From Hamiltosporidium tvaerminnensis FI-OER-3-3 (taxonomy: Eukaryota; Fungi; Microsporidia), in assembly GCA_022605425.2 (NCBI GenBank), contig JAKIMF020000013.1, positions 744,001 to 808,000 on the forward strand: DNA of 64,000 nt, written 5' to 3'. Both the position numbers and the translations under genes were made by a program. Positions 1 through 14,249 of this stretch are shown one piece after another. Below the pieces are notes generated by a model. That model was not told the DNA's origin, made no database searches, and saw nothing but the letters and a program-made list of their open reading frames with translations. Each line of letters starts with the position of its first letter. Position 1 is the first letter of the stretch.

Positions 1-255
1 TCTAAAATTTTTAGAGTTTTTTTACCCCGGAAATATCTTCTGACACTATATACATTGCCATATTGAATCTAACAGAATAAACTCTTCCTGAAAGCATCAT
101 GTTTCCCACTTATAGTCAATACTAGGAATTTTTCAGAGTCGCTAACTTATAATTTTAGGTATTATGAAACCTTAGAGTATAACCTTCCATTTTCCAGTTT
201 GCTATATATTTGCTAGCAGAATCAAAAATTTGCTCACATTTTCATTTTCCAGTTT

Positions 256-737
256 TTAATATACATAGAGAATATCATTGATCAACGCAATCCCTTTTTT
301 ATTATCCTTTTTCATTGGATATTGCCGTTCTTTTGGTAGACATTTTTTCACGTTTTTATGGAAAAAATAACAGTTGAACGCATCTGTTTCGCTCATAAAG
401 CAAATCTTAAAAATATTTTTAAATATCATAATAAATTCTAGATTATATTGCATTGGTTCATAACCTTTTAAATGAGCTGAATTCTTTAAATCTGAAAATC
501 GGTCTTCGTTCCTTCAAGATAAAAGTGTTTCGATTTTTTTGCAAATTTGTTTTTTATTTTAAAAAATAACATACAGTATATCTCGACAGAGCCTAAGCTT
601 TTCCTCAGAGTTCTGTCGCACTCCAAAAAAATACCTTTCGCACCTCCATTTAAGAACCGCTGTGATTTAGTGAAATAAAATACCGAGATAAAAGCATTTT
701 TCAAAAAGTGATAGTTTATAAATAATCCAATTTTCAT
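256..737 (-). pseudogene. Possible decayed protein-coding gene with hydrophobic N-terminus
   Basis: Two consecutive same-strand short ORFs (486-737, 256-453); the first starts MKIGLFINYHFLKNAFISVFYF. No recognisable domain. Confidence 0.2.
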
Positions 738-1377
738 TTACAAATTTAACTTTTGCAAAACTAAGTTAGAAATAAATTAAAAAAGTTAACTAATTGTTAA
801 TTTTTTTTATTTAAACACATGCTCAATTATCACTTAAAACATGAGAGTATATATCATTTGCGATAGAATAATTAAATGGTTGAACATTTTTTTTCGGTTT
901 AAATTGTTCTATTCATTTAATAGACAGAAATGCTCTACTCATAACTATTTAGAATATTTTTTTGCTGGTCTTTTTTAGTACACATTTTTTATAAGTCGCT
1001 TCTTCAGATTATTTTTTAATTTAATCTGAACAAAAGAATAAGATTACAAAAATATCTCCAAAATATCAGTACCAAGGAAATATTTAAGTGTTGATTGTTT
1101 GCAAAAACAGCTCAAGTAATGTTATACTGAAATTGCTAATTAATCGATCAAAATAATATTTCAAGGTATTTACCAAGTGTTTTGGCTAGCTAGGCGTTGT
1201 AAATAGTGCATTATGAGTTCTAATAATAATTTCCCCCACATCCAATTACTTAATGATGTGATTATACATCAATTTATGGACTTGAGGTCCTGCTAATCAA
1301 TAATAAGTTATTCGAATTTTAAACTATAAATTTAATTAACTGAATTTTTAATACCTATGTCTTCACAGCAAAAGACC

Positions 1378-3395
1378 TTATTTATCAACACAGCAACACC
1401 TGTAAATAAGGTAATAAGCCTTCTTTTTTATTGAGATAATACCTATTTTTTCATATTTTATTCTCCGGTCGAAATCAATTACTTTATTTCGGTTAATATT
1501 ATCACAATGTAAAATTAGGAAGAACAAAAGAGAGTCTTTGAAGGAATAACCACTGAAAAAAGCCAGTTTTGATGTATCACAAGGAAAATAAAAGTTACAC
1601 AAAGATAAAAGAACATTTGCTGGACTTTAGACAAGTGTAAAAAGAGAATGAATCGAAAATTAAGGTGCGCTTTTCCGAAAATCAATTTCAAGGCAATTCT
1701 TATGGTAATTTTGCTCATTCGAAAAAAAACAATGAGCCTAAATGTAAAAAATATAAAGAATAGCACTTAAAATTTGCTATATAGTTCATAGCAGAACAGA
1801 AACTGTAAACAACCGGTTTTGAAATAGGTGTTATAGCATACATTATTCCGAAGTTTTTTAATTTCTAAGGCTTAAAATGAGCTTCAGGTGCTATAGATAA
1901 CTTCATTAAAAAAATAATAACAAATTTGATGTAATATTTTGCCTTTTGAAGTAAAATCGAATAAAAAGTTTTCCAATTTAAAAGATTGTTTTTCAATTGC
2001 TGAATGTGAAGTTTCTTGGAAAAATACAAGTGATCTATTATATGTTTTTGGATTTTGAACGTAACATAGAATTTAAGAAAATAAAAAATTGATATCATAG
2101 TTATGTTTGTGGTAGTAGTTTCTTGGCTTAGTTGGATCGTAAACCAAAATGTCTTTAAGATGGAAATATCGCTTGTGGCTATTGCTTCGCACCCGTTCGC
2201 TCAACATAAAAGACAGAAAAACAAAAAACAAAGAGGTTTTTGAAGCACAAATAATCTCTTACAAGTAAAAAGATACTAGAAACAAATTATTTGAGTCTAC
2301 TGCAAATTATTCATAAAAGCGGACCATGAAAAGCTCATCAGTGCTCTAAATTCTACACAAGAACGCACAAATCCAAAAGATACTCAAACACTACTCTTAG
2401 AAGTAGTATTGTGTTTCGAGTAGAAAAAAAAATGATACTAAAACCCTAAAATATTACAGAATCAGCATGTTTAGTTGGTTTTTAAGTTAATAAACAAAAT
2501 TTTACGACTAATAACAATACTGGCATCAAAGAAGTGTAAATACAGTATTTCCTTATGTAGACCTTAAAATTTAGAAAAAACATCTTTGTATCTTGAATAA
2601 GTTAGGCCGGAAGATTAATCTATAATTAAAACATTTTTTAACTTGGGCAGATAGAAAAAAAAAGCTTTATACTCAAAAAAACCTACCAAAATGATTCAAA
2701 ACCCACGAGTAAATTATTAAAAAAAAGCCGACCCATCACAAAAAACAAAAAACTTACCTCCTTAGAAATCTTATTTTCTTGTCATATTTAATTATATCCA
2801 CTTTTTTGATAAAAATGATGTGATAATGCTCCCCCTTTTGACTTTTGTCATAATAAATGATTCAAATTTAAAATCTAATACTATTATTTAAGAAATTTAG
2901 AGAAAATATCAAATACATCCAACCTGCGGAGAAGGTCTTAAATTTTTACTGATCGCCTATTAATGAAAACTTCTTCCAAGAAAAGCACTAACTATAAATA
3001 AGTAGATCACATAGCATTTATTTTGCATACTAAGAAATTATCGTAATTATTTGAGGTTTACGCTTTTCCATTTGCCGAAATCAATAATTTAAAGCAAAAA
3101 TCTGCTAGTTGATCGAATTATTTCACTACTAGGACTCACTTATAAATGCCAAATTTTCTCAAAAAATATAAGCAAGAATAATATTATTCGATTTGATACA
3201 CTGATTTATATTCGTTCTTAAATCACACTCGATCACTATTAATCTGCAGAAGAGAAACATGAAATAATTTAAAATAATTAGTTCAATTAAATAAAATATT
3301 CGCACTAACAATTGTAAAAAATACTTTCTAGGTTTTAAGAAGTATAAGAAAAATAAAAATACAAAATTTGTTTTACTGTGCAAGCAAGATTTCAT
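1378..3395 (-). pseudogene. Possible decayed lineage-specific gene
   Basis: Chain of same-strand ORF fragments (3159-3395 with hydrophobic N-terminus, 1865-2098, 1515-1766, 1378-1602). No diagnostic motif. Confidence 0.2.
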
Positions 3396-6300
3396 TCTGA
3401 TTACTTTCCTCGGATATTACTTTGTAGTTTTAAGCTAATACATAAACAATTATATGGGAAATCAATGTCAAATGATAAGGTCTGTGGAATTTATTTGTAT
3501 TACGAGTAATAATTCAAAAAAACAATTATTAAGAATAATATTGAATAATTATATACGGTTAAACACTTTTTTTAGTTAAGATAAGTAGAAAATTATACAA
3601 ACAATAATTAAACAATACAGAATATATCAAAAAAAGTATAAACAGTGCAAAATATTGACACGAATATGTGCAAACGAAAAAGAATACACAAAGGAAAAAA
3701 AACGAATTGGAAATAGAACCTATTAAACAGAAAATGTCGAGTTGAAACTTTGAAAAAAGTATGTATGCAGAATAAAGAGATTCTAAATTTTCATTAGGGA
3801 ATTTTTCAAGGTCGGCTTAAAATCCCGCAATGCAAGCAAAAAATTATATCCTTGTAAATAGATAGGGCAACGATATAATACCCAAATGAAGATATCAAGG
3901 AAATTGTTTATATAACGAGGTTTAATGAGCTAATCTACTTTGTTTATATTTTTTGAATATAAAATTAAGTTTGATTCGACGACTGAACCGCTAGGAAAGT
4001 TATAAAATATATAAGACCACAAAAAATCACAACGAAGCTACCAAAATTATAAAGCAGACTCTCTAAAAAAACAAAATCAAAAAAAAATAAGTTCCCCTAT
4101 TAAAAATTCTACCTAAAACATCCAATGTTTCTTTCGACGCGGAAAGTTTAGTCTCACAAACAAGACAAAATATTCAAAAGCATATGAAAAATTCTGGTGA
4201 AATACAATTAATTTAAGTCTAACTCATTTACAGGAAGCAAATTAAATGCAGACTTGTTTCCTTTTATTTCAAATGTTCAGAAATTGAAAAAAAAACCCTG
4301 TAAAAGGAATGATAAAACTTACTTTTTTTAACCAAAAATCTATATGAAATATTATTGACTTTTTGTGGCTTAAAGCTTTTAATTAATAGAATAGAATGGC
4401 AATTATGAAAAATAATCAGAGCTATTCTACAGAGTTACTTTATACAAATCAAATCCTCATATATCTAACCAGTGAGCAAAATATGCAAAAAAACATGAAA
4501 ACATCATCTGAAAAAACCAAACGTAAAAATAAAATTGGAAAATATGTAAACTTACAGTAAATTAGACAAAATCTGTGATTTTATCGCGTCAAACCAATGA
4601 TATTCAAATCAAAATTAAAATTTCGATGAAAGCTTGAGGAAAAAGAATAAACCTATAGGGAAAAATTAAAAATTTACAAGATAATAGCCGGTAGTATAAT
4701 TTCACAGTAAAATGAAATCATTTCTCACAATATCTAATTTTTAGATATATAATCTGAAAGTTTTAACATCAACATACTTCAAGTTTTAGATTGATTATTC
4801 TTTCTTGAAATGATTCATAAAAGTAATCATTAAACTCAAGCATATTTAAAATTTTGTTTTCCTTTAAACCTTTTAATTCTCGACCATACATTTTCAAACA
4901 TGTTCATATTAATACCTGATTCTAATACAAATTTATTGAATGATTCGCACAATCAAAAGAACAAATCTGATGCTCTCTAAATGTTAATATTATGATACGG
5001 CACTCATAGAAGTATACCATATCCTCAAAGAGATTAAATCATAGACTGTATTTTTTAAAGAAAGAAAGTTTTATTTGAATAAATTTAAATAAAGAACTTC
5101 TTTTTTGTTCAGAAAATAGCTCAAAGCATTTATTTGCAACCAATAAAACGACCTCTATTATATTTTATTTTGTCTATAACTTTTTTTGGCAAGTACTTCA
5201 CCGGGTCCTTCAATTTTTCAAAGTTATGAAGCAAAAAACTGTAGTCTCAATCTCGGTTTATTAATTGAGTCTGCTATATTTGCATTCAAATATCATGCCT
5301 TCCTCTGAAGGATTCATGTGGCAATTCGAATGCAAAACCAAGAGGCTCTAATTTATAACTTTAATTCATTTTTTGGATGTAGATTAAATTAAAGCAATAA
5401 TCTGCATATTTATCAACCCAAAACATATCGCGGAACCGAATCTTTGTTAGAAAAGAGTTGTACCGTTTAAATTCTTTTACAAACGAAATCTGAAAAGCTG
5501 ATTCGTGTTTTTAGGAAGTAAAATGGTATTCTAATTCACCGTCATTTCTTATTTGCACTTCGGGGAATTTTACGAATGGCTTTCTACGGTAGCAAGTATC
5601 ATACGGATAGAAAATTAATTACTTTTGGGTCAGAAATGCTCTAGCCGAGATTTAAATATGCCTTAACATCGTATATATTTTGTAAGATCTTAACTATTGG
5701 TTTTGAATTCGTTATTTAAGCGTAATTTTTTTATTTGGTTTCCTCGGTCCTATGTAGAAAATCCAACTCAAATTGCTATAAATCTGAAAATTGCACAAAT
5801 TAATCATATTAAAGAGATAAGTGGATATGCAGGGACAAAAAACAACTTAAGAAAAATCTGTAAATGTTTTTAAGCAAAGCATGATAACTAAAATTTTTAT
5901 ATTAAACCTTCTATAACTCAGTAGATTTGCCACATACGAGAAAAAAATGTGACCTTGTTTGCAAAAATTTGGAAGAAATATGCAGTTTTTATTCAGGTGA
6001 GCAACTAAAACCAATACTCAGTTATGGTAAAGCTAGGCCTTTAAATGTTTATAGTAATAACTTTTAGTCAATAGTCCTTTGCTAGAGGTGAAGGAAGGTA
6101 TTTTATTAGAGATGCGGGAGAGATTACTGTCCAAACTTAAGCCAATACAGAAATTATGATTTTGGGTTTTTTGAAACAAAATACAAATCTTCTAAGACTA
6201 AGAATAAACTAAAAAATATATGTGAATAAAATATTTGTCACAAGGACTAAAATTTCCCGAAAAGAAACAGATAGACAGTAAAGCTCATTTTTACGTAGTG

Positions 6301-6616
6301 TGGATAGAATAAAAATGCGAAGCATTGTTAAACATGAAGCCTTATCATCTCTTTCTCTCTTTCTGGGCCTACTTTTATGCGTCTTCGAAAGTTAGGAGAG
6401 AAAAATCTTTGAGATGAATACGTGTAACGCATTTATAATTCCGATTGCAACATTTCTTACCGATTTATACATTCTTTATTGATCATTGACTTAAGCCAAA
6501 GATACATTATATTGATAATACAAACGTAAGTAATTTTCTCATTTTTTGTAAATAATATTTTGTAAAATCTTTCATGTTATTTTAAAATATATAATTTAAT
6601 TAATATAGCAAGCCCA

Positions 6617-6850
6617 TCTTCCTTACCATGTCGGTAGCAGAATTGGCTTAGAGTATTCTCTGCTTATCATAAGAGGCCACTAAAAGGGACTGGTTCTTCA
6701 GATTGGTGTTGGGCGTAGGGTTAAAAACCCACCCTTTAAAACCACCTTGTTACGAAACCTGAAAAAGTAAATAAACCCACTTAAAAAAATAGTTGAGCAG
6801 TATTATCGAGGTCGACCAGGCTCGTACAGGGCCGTAGTGCGAATGATGAT
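6617..6850 (+). mobile_element. Family A short non-autonomous retroelement (RTE-derived, bipartite), copy A1
   Basis: Aligns end to end with 46515-46749(-) and 48496-48725(+). Contains RTE 5'-region-like GTTGGGCGTAGGGTTAAAAACCCACCC...TTGTTACGAAAC and RTE-like 3' end CCAGGCTCGTACAGGGCCGTAGTGCGAATGATGAT. Confidence 0.8.
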
Positions 6851-7968
6851 AAAATAGAATGTAAGGCGAATAAGGATAGCAAATAAAGGTATAACTATAG
6901 AATCGATATAACAAAACATAAAATTCCATTTAAAAAAAATAAAGGCTTAATAAATTTTGTTTTAAGTCTGGTATGAGTGGTAGACCAAGAAGAAAATTAC
7001 AAAATCGCACGATGCAGTTGTTTTTTTCTATTTCATTGGTGATATACATATAGTTAAAGAAATTAATTATAATAGTTGCGCTTGTAACAATAAAAATTAG
7101 TAAAAATGATTAAGAGACTTAAAAAGGGGCATGATTAGGAGTATATAAGACGAAATAACGGAAAGTTCAGCTCTTGCACCTATTTTTCTAAATTTATACG
7201 AATGAAGGTTCTTAAACTAACAAAATGCCGCATGAAAAAAAAATTCTAGGAAATAAAACATCAGAAGTTTACACAGAGGCTGAAATTCCTTACCTAGATT
7301 TGATGTATTTCTTTAATAATAAGCGATTTTCAGATTTTAATTTTGAAATACATATGCTTATAATAGTTACTAACTTCTAAAATTAAAAATTCCAGCACCA
7401 TATAACCATTCTAATCATTGAAAGTTTATTATAACGCATGTTTTACAAACTATATACTATAAATATGAAGAGAACATTTAGCATTACCTCAAAACATAGC
7501 TTGAAAATTTCAAACTAAGAGCGAATGAAAAAAAGAAAAGAAAAGTATATGTTTCCGAAAAAATAATCACACTTAACGCTTTAATTGTCTCCTGTGATTA
7601 TATTACGCCGAAAATGCATATCGAAACAAAATATTCATAGGAATAAAATAAAAATGCTGAAAACTCTTAAGTCATGTCGTCTTAAGCTCTACGATAAAGA
7701 AGCCACAATGATATAGATCATAGAGTTGCTGAATTTTAAGTGTTGTTAAAATGAAAGAAACCAAATACTTGGCTAAAATTAATAGAAAAGGCTAATAAAA
7801 ATGACAGATGAATAACAGAAAAATAAAGTAACCTTAACGAATTAAATAAAATTCACAAACTTCAATTCGAAAACCTTTATTAATTTGCATCAAATAAATT
7901 ATTTGCGAATCGGTTTTCTAATGTTTGAATATTAGATGTTATTGAATCTAAAATCTTGTTCAAAAAAG

Positions 7969-10647
7969 CTAGAGTTGCTTGTTATTTTGATTAAAAGGAA
8001 ATAAGATTGAATATTTTAATCGAAAAATAAATACTTCAAAATATAAATGTAGTTCTGAAATTTCCGAAGGATTTTCAGGCAATAATATTCTGTGATCATT
8101 TGATCTTTTTCCTAATATATCATTCATTCTCGTTTCAAGAACCAAGGGTATTCTACAATTTGCATGTTTCATCTCTAGATTTGTAATTTTTGCAATCCAG
8201 ACATTAAAATATTTTGATTAGCGTATTTTAAAATAAAATTACTACATTTTTCTAAACAAATTTCTTTTTTCGAAAGGAAAAGATTTGTTTCATAAAATAA
8301 ATGTAACAATTCGATGTTGAAATTTTTTATTTTATCTTTTTGGCCGTAGAATGTAAATGTTTGTATAAATTCAATGAAAAATTTGAAAAAAAATGTTTTT
8401 GGAAAGGTTTTATACTCAAAATCGGTTCTTGAATAGAAAGTTAAAATTGTTGAAATTCCATATGTGATTTTTTTATTTTCAAACCTTCTAATGAACCTAA
8501 TATTCTTAAAAAAAATGTTTGTAGCAGAAATACATCTTTAAAAAATACATAGGAATCATATTCATTTAATACCTTTCGTAAGCAAAATACCTTATTTTGT
8601 GCATCATATCGATCAAAAATTCTTTTAAACTGTGAACAGAATATCTCGCTTAAAAAACTGTAATATAGCCTGAAACCCTTTTTTATTGTAATGACATTGT
8701 AGTCATTATTTAAATTATTTAATTTTATCAATTCGGTTAGATGCATATGCTTACAATCCTCTAATAAATTATGAAATGAGTTACTAAAACCTATAAGTTT
8801 GGCTTTGCTTGGCCTATTATATCATCAGAAGGCGGTAAATACATTCTATGTTCCAATTCAATTAACTTCTTCAGCAAATTTGAGTGCAGATTGAAGAGTT
8901 TCAAGCTCCATAGATTCACAATTTGAAATTTTATGACATTCTTTTCGCATTGTATCTAAGAAGATGCCTTCGTCTACCTGTATTAGATGCATTGTATTTG
9001 AAACACCTTCTGGAAAGTACTTTGAATCCGAGAAAAATGAAATATCATATAATGTACTTGTAATAAGATCATAGCATGTCCTTGATATCGTGTGTAGTTT
9101 CCTGTTTTAGATATTATACCTTCAAGCATGGCGCTTCTATTTTTTATATGAAATATTAAATCATTACAAGCTATTGATAAGTTCAATTTTCCCGAAATTT
9201 CAGATGTTTTATCAAGCATATCTGTATTCAAGCAAAAGTTTCCTATGGTTCGAAATTAAGAACAAAAATATTCTTTTGTAGGAATAGACTCTTTCCCTAG
9301 ATGGTTTTGAAGATTTTGAACAACACCAGTCTTTTCTTTTAATAATGATTTTTCTACGTGAAAATTTGTTTGTTTATCCGGGTAAGTTTTTTTATTATTA
9401 GGAATTAATACATCATCCAATTCGTAGGGTAAACATTCAATATCTGGGTTTACTCGTTTATATCCAAGAATAGCCTGTTCACAACTCGCATAATTTTGTT
9501 TTGGATTTTCTCTATCGACTATATGATTATCAAAATTTATAACTCGATGTAATTCATTATCTGTAATGCTCGCTTCTTCATGTTCTTGGGAATTTTCTTT
9601 TTTACTTTCTTCGGAAATTTTTAATGTCTGCTCAGTTTCTATTTGAACTCCACTTAGGTTTTGAGTCTCATACAATGGAGAAAAAAATGTAGATTCAAAA
9701 ATATCTTGTTGTGAATAATACGAATTATTGCTATTTAGATCGAATGCTGCCGCATCTTCAATTTGTACGCTTAAAGGAAAACAATTAGAATTTATTATAG
9801 AATCATCAAACTTGTTATCAAATTTCCCAAAACTACGTAATTCGTTGTGCTCGGCATTCTCTAGATAAATGTTGCCTGTACTTTGATTGGAATTTAACCA
9901 GATCTCTGGTAAATCCGAATCCGAATCGTGCGATGCAAACGTGTTATCATCAGTTCCATCTATAGGAATAAACGCATCGAAAATACCAACTTTAAAGTCA
10001 TGAATAACATTAGACATTGGTTCTTCAACAGACTTATTTATTACTTCACCAAAATAGTTTGTGCCAGATAGTGCAGTATCGCAATACGAAACCGCTTCAT
10101 ATATCTCAGCATGAAACAAATCTCCACTATGTAAGAAGTTGTTATCTATTTCTGGATGTGCAATAGTAATCTCGTCTAGATTAGAATCCGCAGTTTCTTT
10201 TTCTGATAAATAATTATTTGATTGAACAGAATGGGTAGTTATACAATTTATTGATGGTTTATCATCCGATTCTAAAAATTCATTTACTTTAGATAAATCT
10301 TTGTCATAACTGGATAGATCTAGATCAAAATGTTCGCTTAGATTCAGATTAAAATCATCTGATTCATCTAACTTCTCTCTATCATTTTCGGAATCTGCGT
10401 TAAGTAACTGATTAAAATCATTTGATTCCATTTGCAGCACATCATTTTCATTTAGAAAAAAATTAAAAACATTTTTTGTTTCAATAACAGCCTTTTTTTC
10501 AACACATATCTTCTTTTTTTCAGATGCATTACTCTCATTTTGTATAAACTTAATGATACTTCCATGTTCTACTTGTGCATTAGCAGCGAGTAATGTTACA
10601 CCGGAATAAAAAGATAGAACTTTCAATATAAAATAAATCCTTTTCAT
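7969..10647 (-). pseudogene. Secreted-protein family member 1, fragmented (463-aa N-terminal ORF 9256-10647 plus C-terminal-domain fragments)
   Basis: Signal-peptide-like MKRIYFILKVLSFYSGVTLLAANA followed by an acidic D/E/N/S-rich region. Fragment 8441-8746 (TELIKL...KKGFRLYYSFLSEIFCSQFKRIFDRY...FLLQTFFLRIL) aligns with YELLKF...EKNYALHIYFLLSIISRQLKFFDGF...FFVQKLFSRVL of 21061-22644. Confidence 0.7.
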
Positions 10648-11117
10648 TTTATCAATCCTATAAAAAAATAATATAAATGGATTTTTTTTCTGGAATGAAA
10701 TAGAACTTTAAAAAAAACTGTTACAAATTTTCATAATTATTTCTATATTTGATAATGAAAGATCAAAATGCAGTTTAAGCGTTGAAGTATATCATAATTC
10801 TAACCGAAAATAAAATTATATAGTATGCTAGGTTTTTCGAATAGACAACGGCTTTAGAAATCTTTGGTATAAATTTTTCTTTTCCTCGTAATTTTCTGAA
10901 ATAATAGTGGTTGAAAACGGCAAAATTGTTGATAAAAAGAAGATTTTAGTACATTTGAACATATAATATAATGAATTACTTTTTTTGATTCCATGCCAAA
11001 ACCATAGAAACCAAACATCTACTACGGATTTATTAAAATTAAAGTCACTTCAATTTTTGTTTTTGGTTTGATATATATCAATAATATCTTAATACAAGAC
11101 AATGTAAATTACATTAA

Positions 11118-11600
11118 TTTATACTGCAGCTAATCATGTAGGTAATTTCAATGTAAAAGCATAAAAACCATGCCTTGCTCACTCGGGTTAGAAGACTTAG
11201 CGCCTCGGAGATATAAAAACAAAACCCTTTAAAGCCTGGAAAGATAACTAGCAGATTATACATGTTGGTATGACGTCCTACTGTCTAGGTAGGCCCATGT
11301 AGTCTCTGAAATATATCTTAACTGGAAGTTTATTCGGATCAGAAAGTTTAGAGTAAGTGGGAATGCTGCATAGTCTTAGGGGGAGCCCAGGGGGGCTTCG
11401 ATCACACTCCATGCAACTGCCTTCCCTATTAATTAGGTTCTACACACCTGGTATCCAAAGGCTTTGGGATGTAGGTATCGCAGGGGATACCGATGGAGTG
11501 TTGGCGAAGCGGTTATTTATGTAAAACCTAAAACTACGTTAATGCCATGAAAAACAATATAGCACTTGCCACTGTTTTAAAAAGATGTGATAATTTTAAA
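11118..11600 (+). mobile_element. Family B non-coding retroposed element, 5'-truncated copy B1
   Basis: Collinear and highly similar to the reverse complement of 42609-43125; same 3' end (...GATGTGATAATTTTAAA|TAAA); possible degenerate TSD TAAATTACATT (11105) / TAAAGTTAGATT (11601). Confidence 0.8.
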
Positions 11601-11892
11601 TAAAGTTAGATTTTAGATTTATATATTTATAACAAAACGATATTACCACTTTTTGAAATGAAAATATCTGTTAGATAAAGTAAACAAGCAGAATATCCTT
11701 TAAAATATTCAAGTTTGAATTTTACAATTTTAAAAAATTTCTATTCCTAAAAAGTTAGATGATTTACGCCGAATCGTTTCGTATAGAAAATATTTCAAAT
11801 CTCGATTTTTTTAAGTGCGTATTTTTGTATTTACCAATGTAATTAAGTATTATTTGAATATCAAAAATATTTTAATTTTTTCTTATAAAAAA

Positions 11893-11935
11893 GGGGGTAA
11901 AAATTATAAATTTTTTTTTTGAATGAATCCTTAAA
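11893..11935 (+). promoter_or_regulatory. Microsporidian-type core promoter of MBF1 (GGGTAAAA, AAATTT/T-tract, CCT 4 nt before ATG)
   Basis: GGGTAAAA 11895-11902; AAATTT plus T-tract 11908-11920; CCT 11929-11931; ATG 11936. Confidence 0.55.
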
Positions 11936-12238
11936 ATGCCAAGCGATTTTGATACGAAAAAAGTAGTTTTAACAAAAAAAATTCCATCAAAGCCAAAAGA
12001 AATAAAAGAAGAAGGAGAAACCGAAAAAGATTTTGTTGGGAAAGAAATCGGGAGAATAATTGCTGTAAAGAGAGAAGAAAAAGAAATGACTCAAAAGCAA
12101 CTTGCTACACGTATAAGCAAACCCTCCAGTTTGGTTTCTGAATGGGAACATGGAATCGCTGTCTATGATGATAAAATAGCAGACAAATTTGAAAAGGTTT
12201 TGGGTATAAAAATCAAGAGAAGCAACAATCGAAAGTAA
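11936..12238 (+). CDS. MBF1: Multiprotein bridging factor 1 (Cro/C1-type HTH co-activator), shortened 100-aa form
   Basis: VGKEIGRIIAVKREEKEMTQKQLATRISKPSSLVSEWEHGIA...KFEKVLGIKI matches the MBF1 HTH pattern; N-terminal SDFDTKKVVLTKK is typical of MBF1; AATAAA overlaps the region just after the stop. Confidence 0.88.
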   Translation: MPSDFDTKKVVLTKKIPSKPKEIKEEGETEKDFVGKEIGRIIAVKREEKEMTQKQLATRISKPSSLVSEWEHGIAVYDDKIADKFEKVLGIKIKRSNNRK

Positions 12239-14249
12239 ATAAATTTATTGTTTAATTTTATATTTAAAAAAATTTAATTTATAAAAGTAAAAATATTTTG
12301 GTTGAAAAATAAAAATAATATTGATTCGAACTTGATTATTTTCTTTCGTATTTGGAACCTTAAATTTTCCGCTTGAACTTATATTTTCAACCTTCAGTAT
12401 TTCATATCAACTTCGTTTTTTACATTTTTTGAAATGAAATATCATTGCCGATTTTTGATACTTTTTATACTAATTAGGAGCCTAAAAATTCAGTATTTAT
12501 TCTTAAACATTCGTCATGATTAAGATGGAAGTGTAATTATGGCATATATATTACCTGTATTCTCAATTTTTGTTTTATTAGCAGATGACTTTTCGAGATT
12601 TATAAGCTTTCAGCTAAAATTAAATTTTTGGTTCTATCAAATTAAAAGTTTGATCTAGACTGTTTTTTTAAGATATTTTATTACTGAAAATATCATTTTG
12701 ATCATTTGAAGAGTCCAAGATAAATGTTATAGCATTTATATCAACACATCCTGGTTTATACCCCGATAAGTATTTCTATATAAGCCTAGAAATAATATAC
12801 ACTTAATGTCAAATATTTGTACTCCATATGACCTTAATATTCATAATAATCAACAAATTTGATGAAGTACATGACAAAATAAAAATTTAGTCAATTAAAC
12901 CATCATTAACAGAGGCTTACATAAGATTCACGGTTTTTACACCTGTTTCTATTTGACAGTTTTTTCTGTTTTTTTTGTGATTAATTATGCGGACTTACTT
13001 TAAGCGAGCCCCTTCTAATTTATTAGCTTGCAATGCACGTTACAAGTTTCAGCTAAATATTAAATTATTTAATCTGCTTCGGGTTGTAATCATGCCAAAA
13101 AAATTTTAAGCTAAAGCAGCAAACGCACTGCGAGCTTTCAGAATGACAAGATGTTTTAATATTTGATTTATGCCTAAAAATCTATCTATTCTTATTATAT
13201 AAGCTAATTATTTTAAGAATGTATTGATATTGCGCTTTTTAGTCAATTGCTGGATTGCTTTAAACATCAATAAGTACTTTGCTACATTTAAATATGTAAA
13301 ACAAATCTCTTTGGTTTTAGGTGACTCGATGTATTGAGGAGATTTAGTTATTTCACAAATCGTAATATTAAGTTTATTCAACATATTAAAATGTCTTTAT
13401 TCGTTAAATTTTATGTCAGTTTAACAGATTCGCTTTAGATGCAATATTTTATGTTTAATAATGCATCGCTTTTAACTTTGAGTTTTGGCGGTATATTCTG
13501 ACATTATATAGACCGGTTCTAAGTTATTTCTTAAGTAAAATTCATTCTAATTACACCTTTGGTGTAATTCCTATCCCATTCATTACCATATCGCCATTAT
13601 TGCAATATATATCATAAAGAAAGTAACTGATAAAATGAATTTATCCTTGAGATAGTTATTCAAGGATATTAAATGTTAGTAAGTCACAAGAAATTATTTA
13701 TTGTGTTTATAATGAAATTTAGACTGCATGTTTATTTCTTATTTGAACCTAGGTTTTTGGCTAAATCAAACTGCTAGAAATGCATTCGTTTTATTGATTT
13801 GAGTTTTAAAATCTTTGTAAAGACACTGGCTTTAGAAGAGGTGTCGTTTGCCTGTAACAGACACTTTTTGGACACATGATTCTTTAAATCGAGAAAAAAA
13901 ACATTTAAATTTTCTTTTAGTTGTAATTTCGCTAAAATACATCCATTGATTGCATACATCTTTATACATGAAGACAAAAAGATATTTGTTATTTAATTTT
14001 CGTTTTTGCTATTACCTTGTGTTTATATAACATATTGTTTTGCAATTATCTAGACTAATTACAACATCAAAGATGTTAAAACGATTTATATAGTAGTTAT
14101 AAAGGAATATTTTTTCTATAAATATCTTTGGTTTGATAGAAAATAAAAATTTAATTATAGTGTCATAATCCATCGATCTTAAAATTAAATAGAAGAGATT
14201 ATAGTTTTAAACTATTTTCCGAAGTATGCAGGGTTATTAGAACCAAGAA

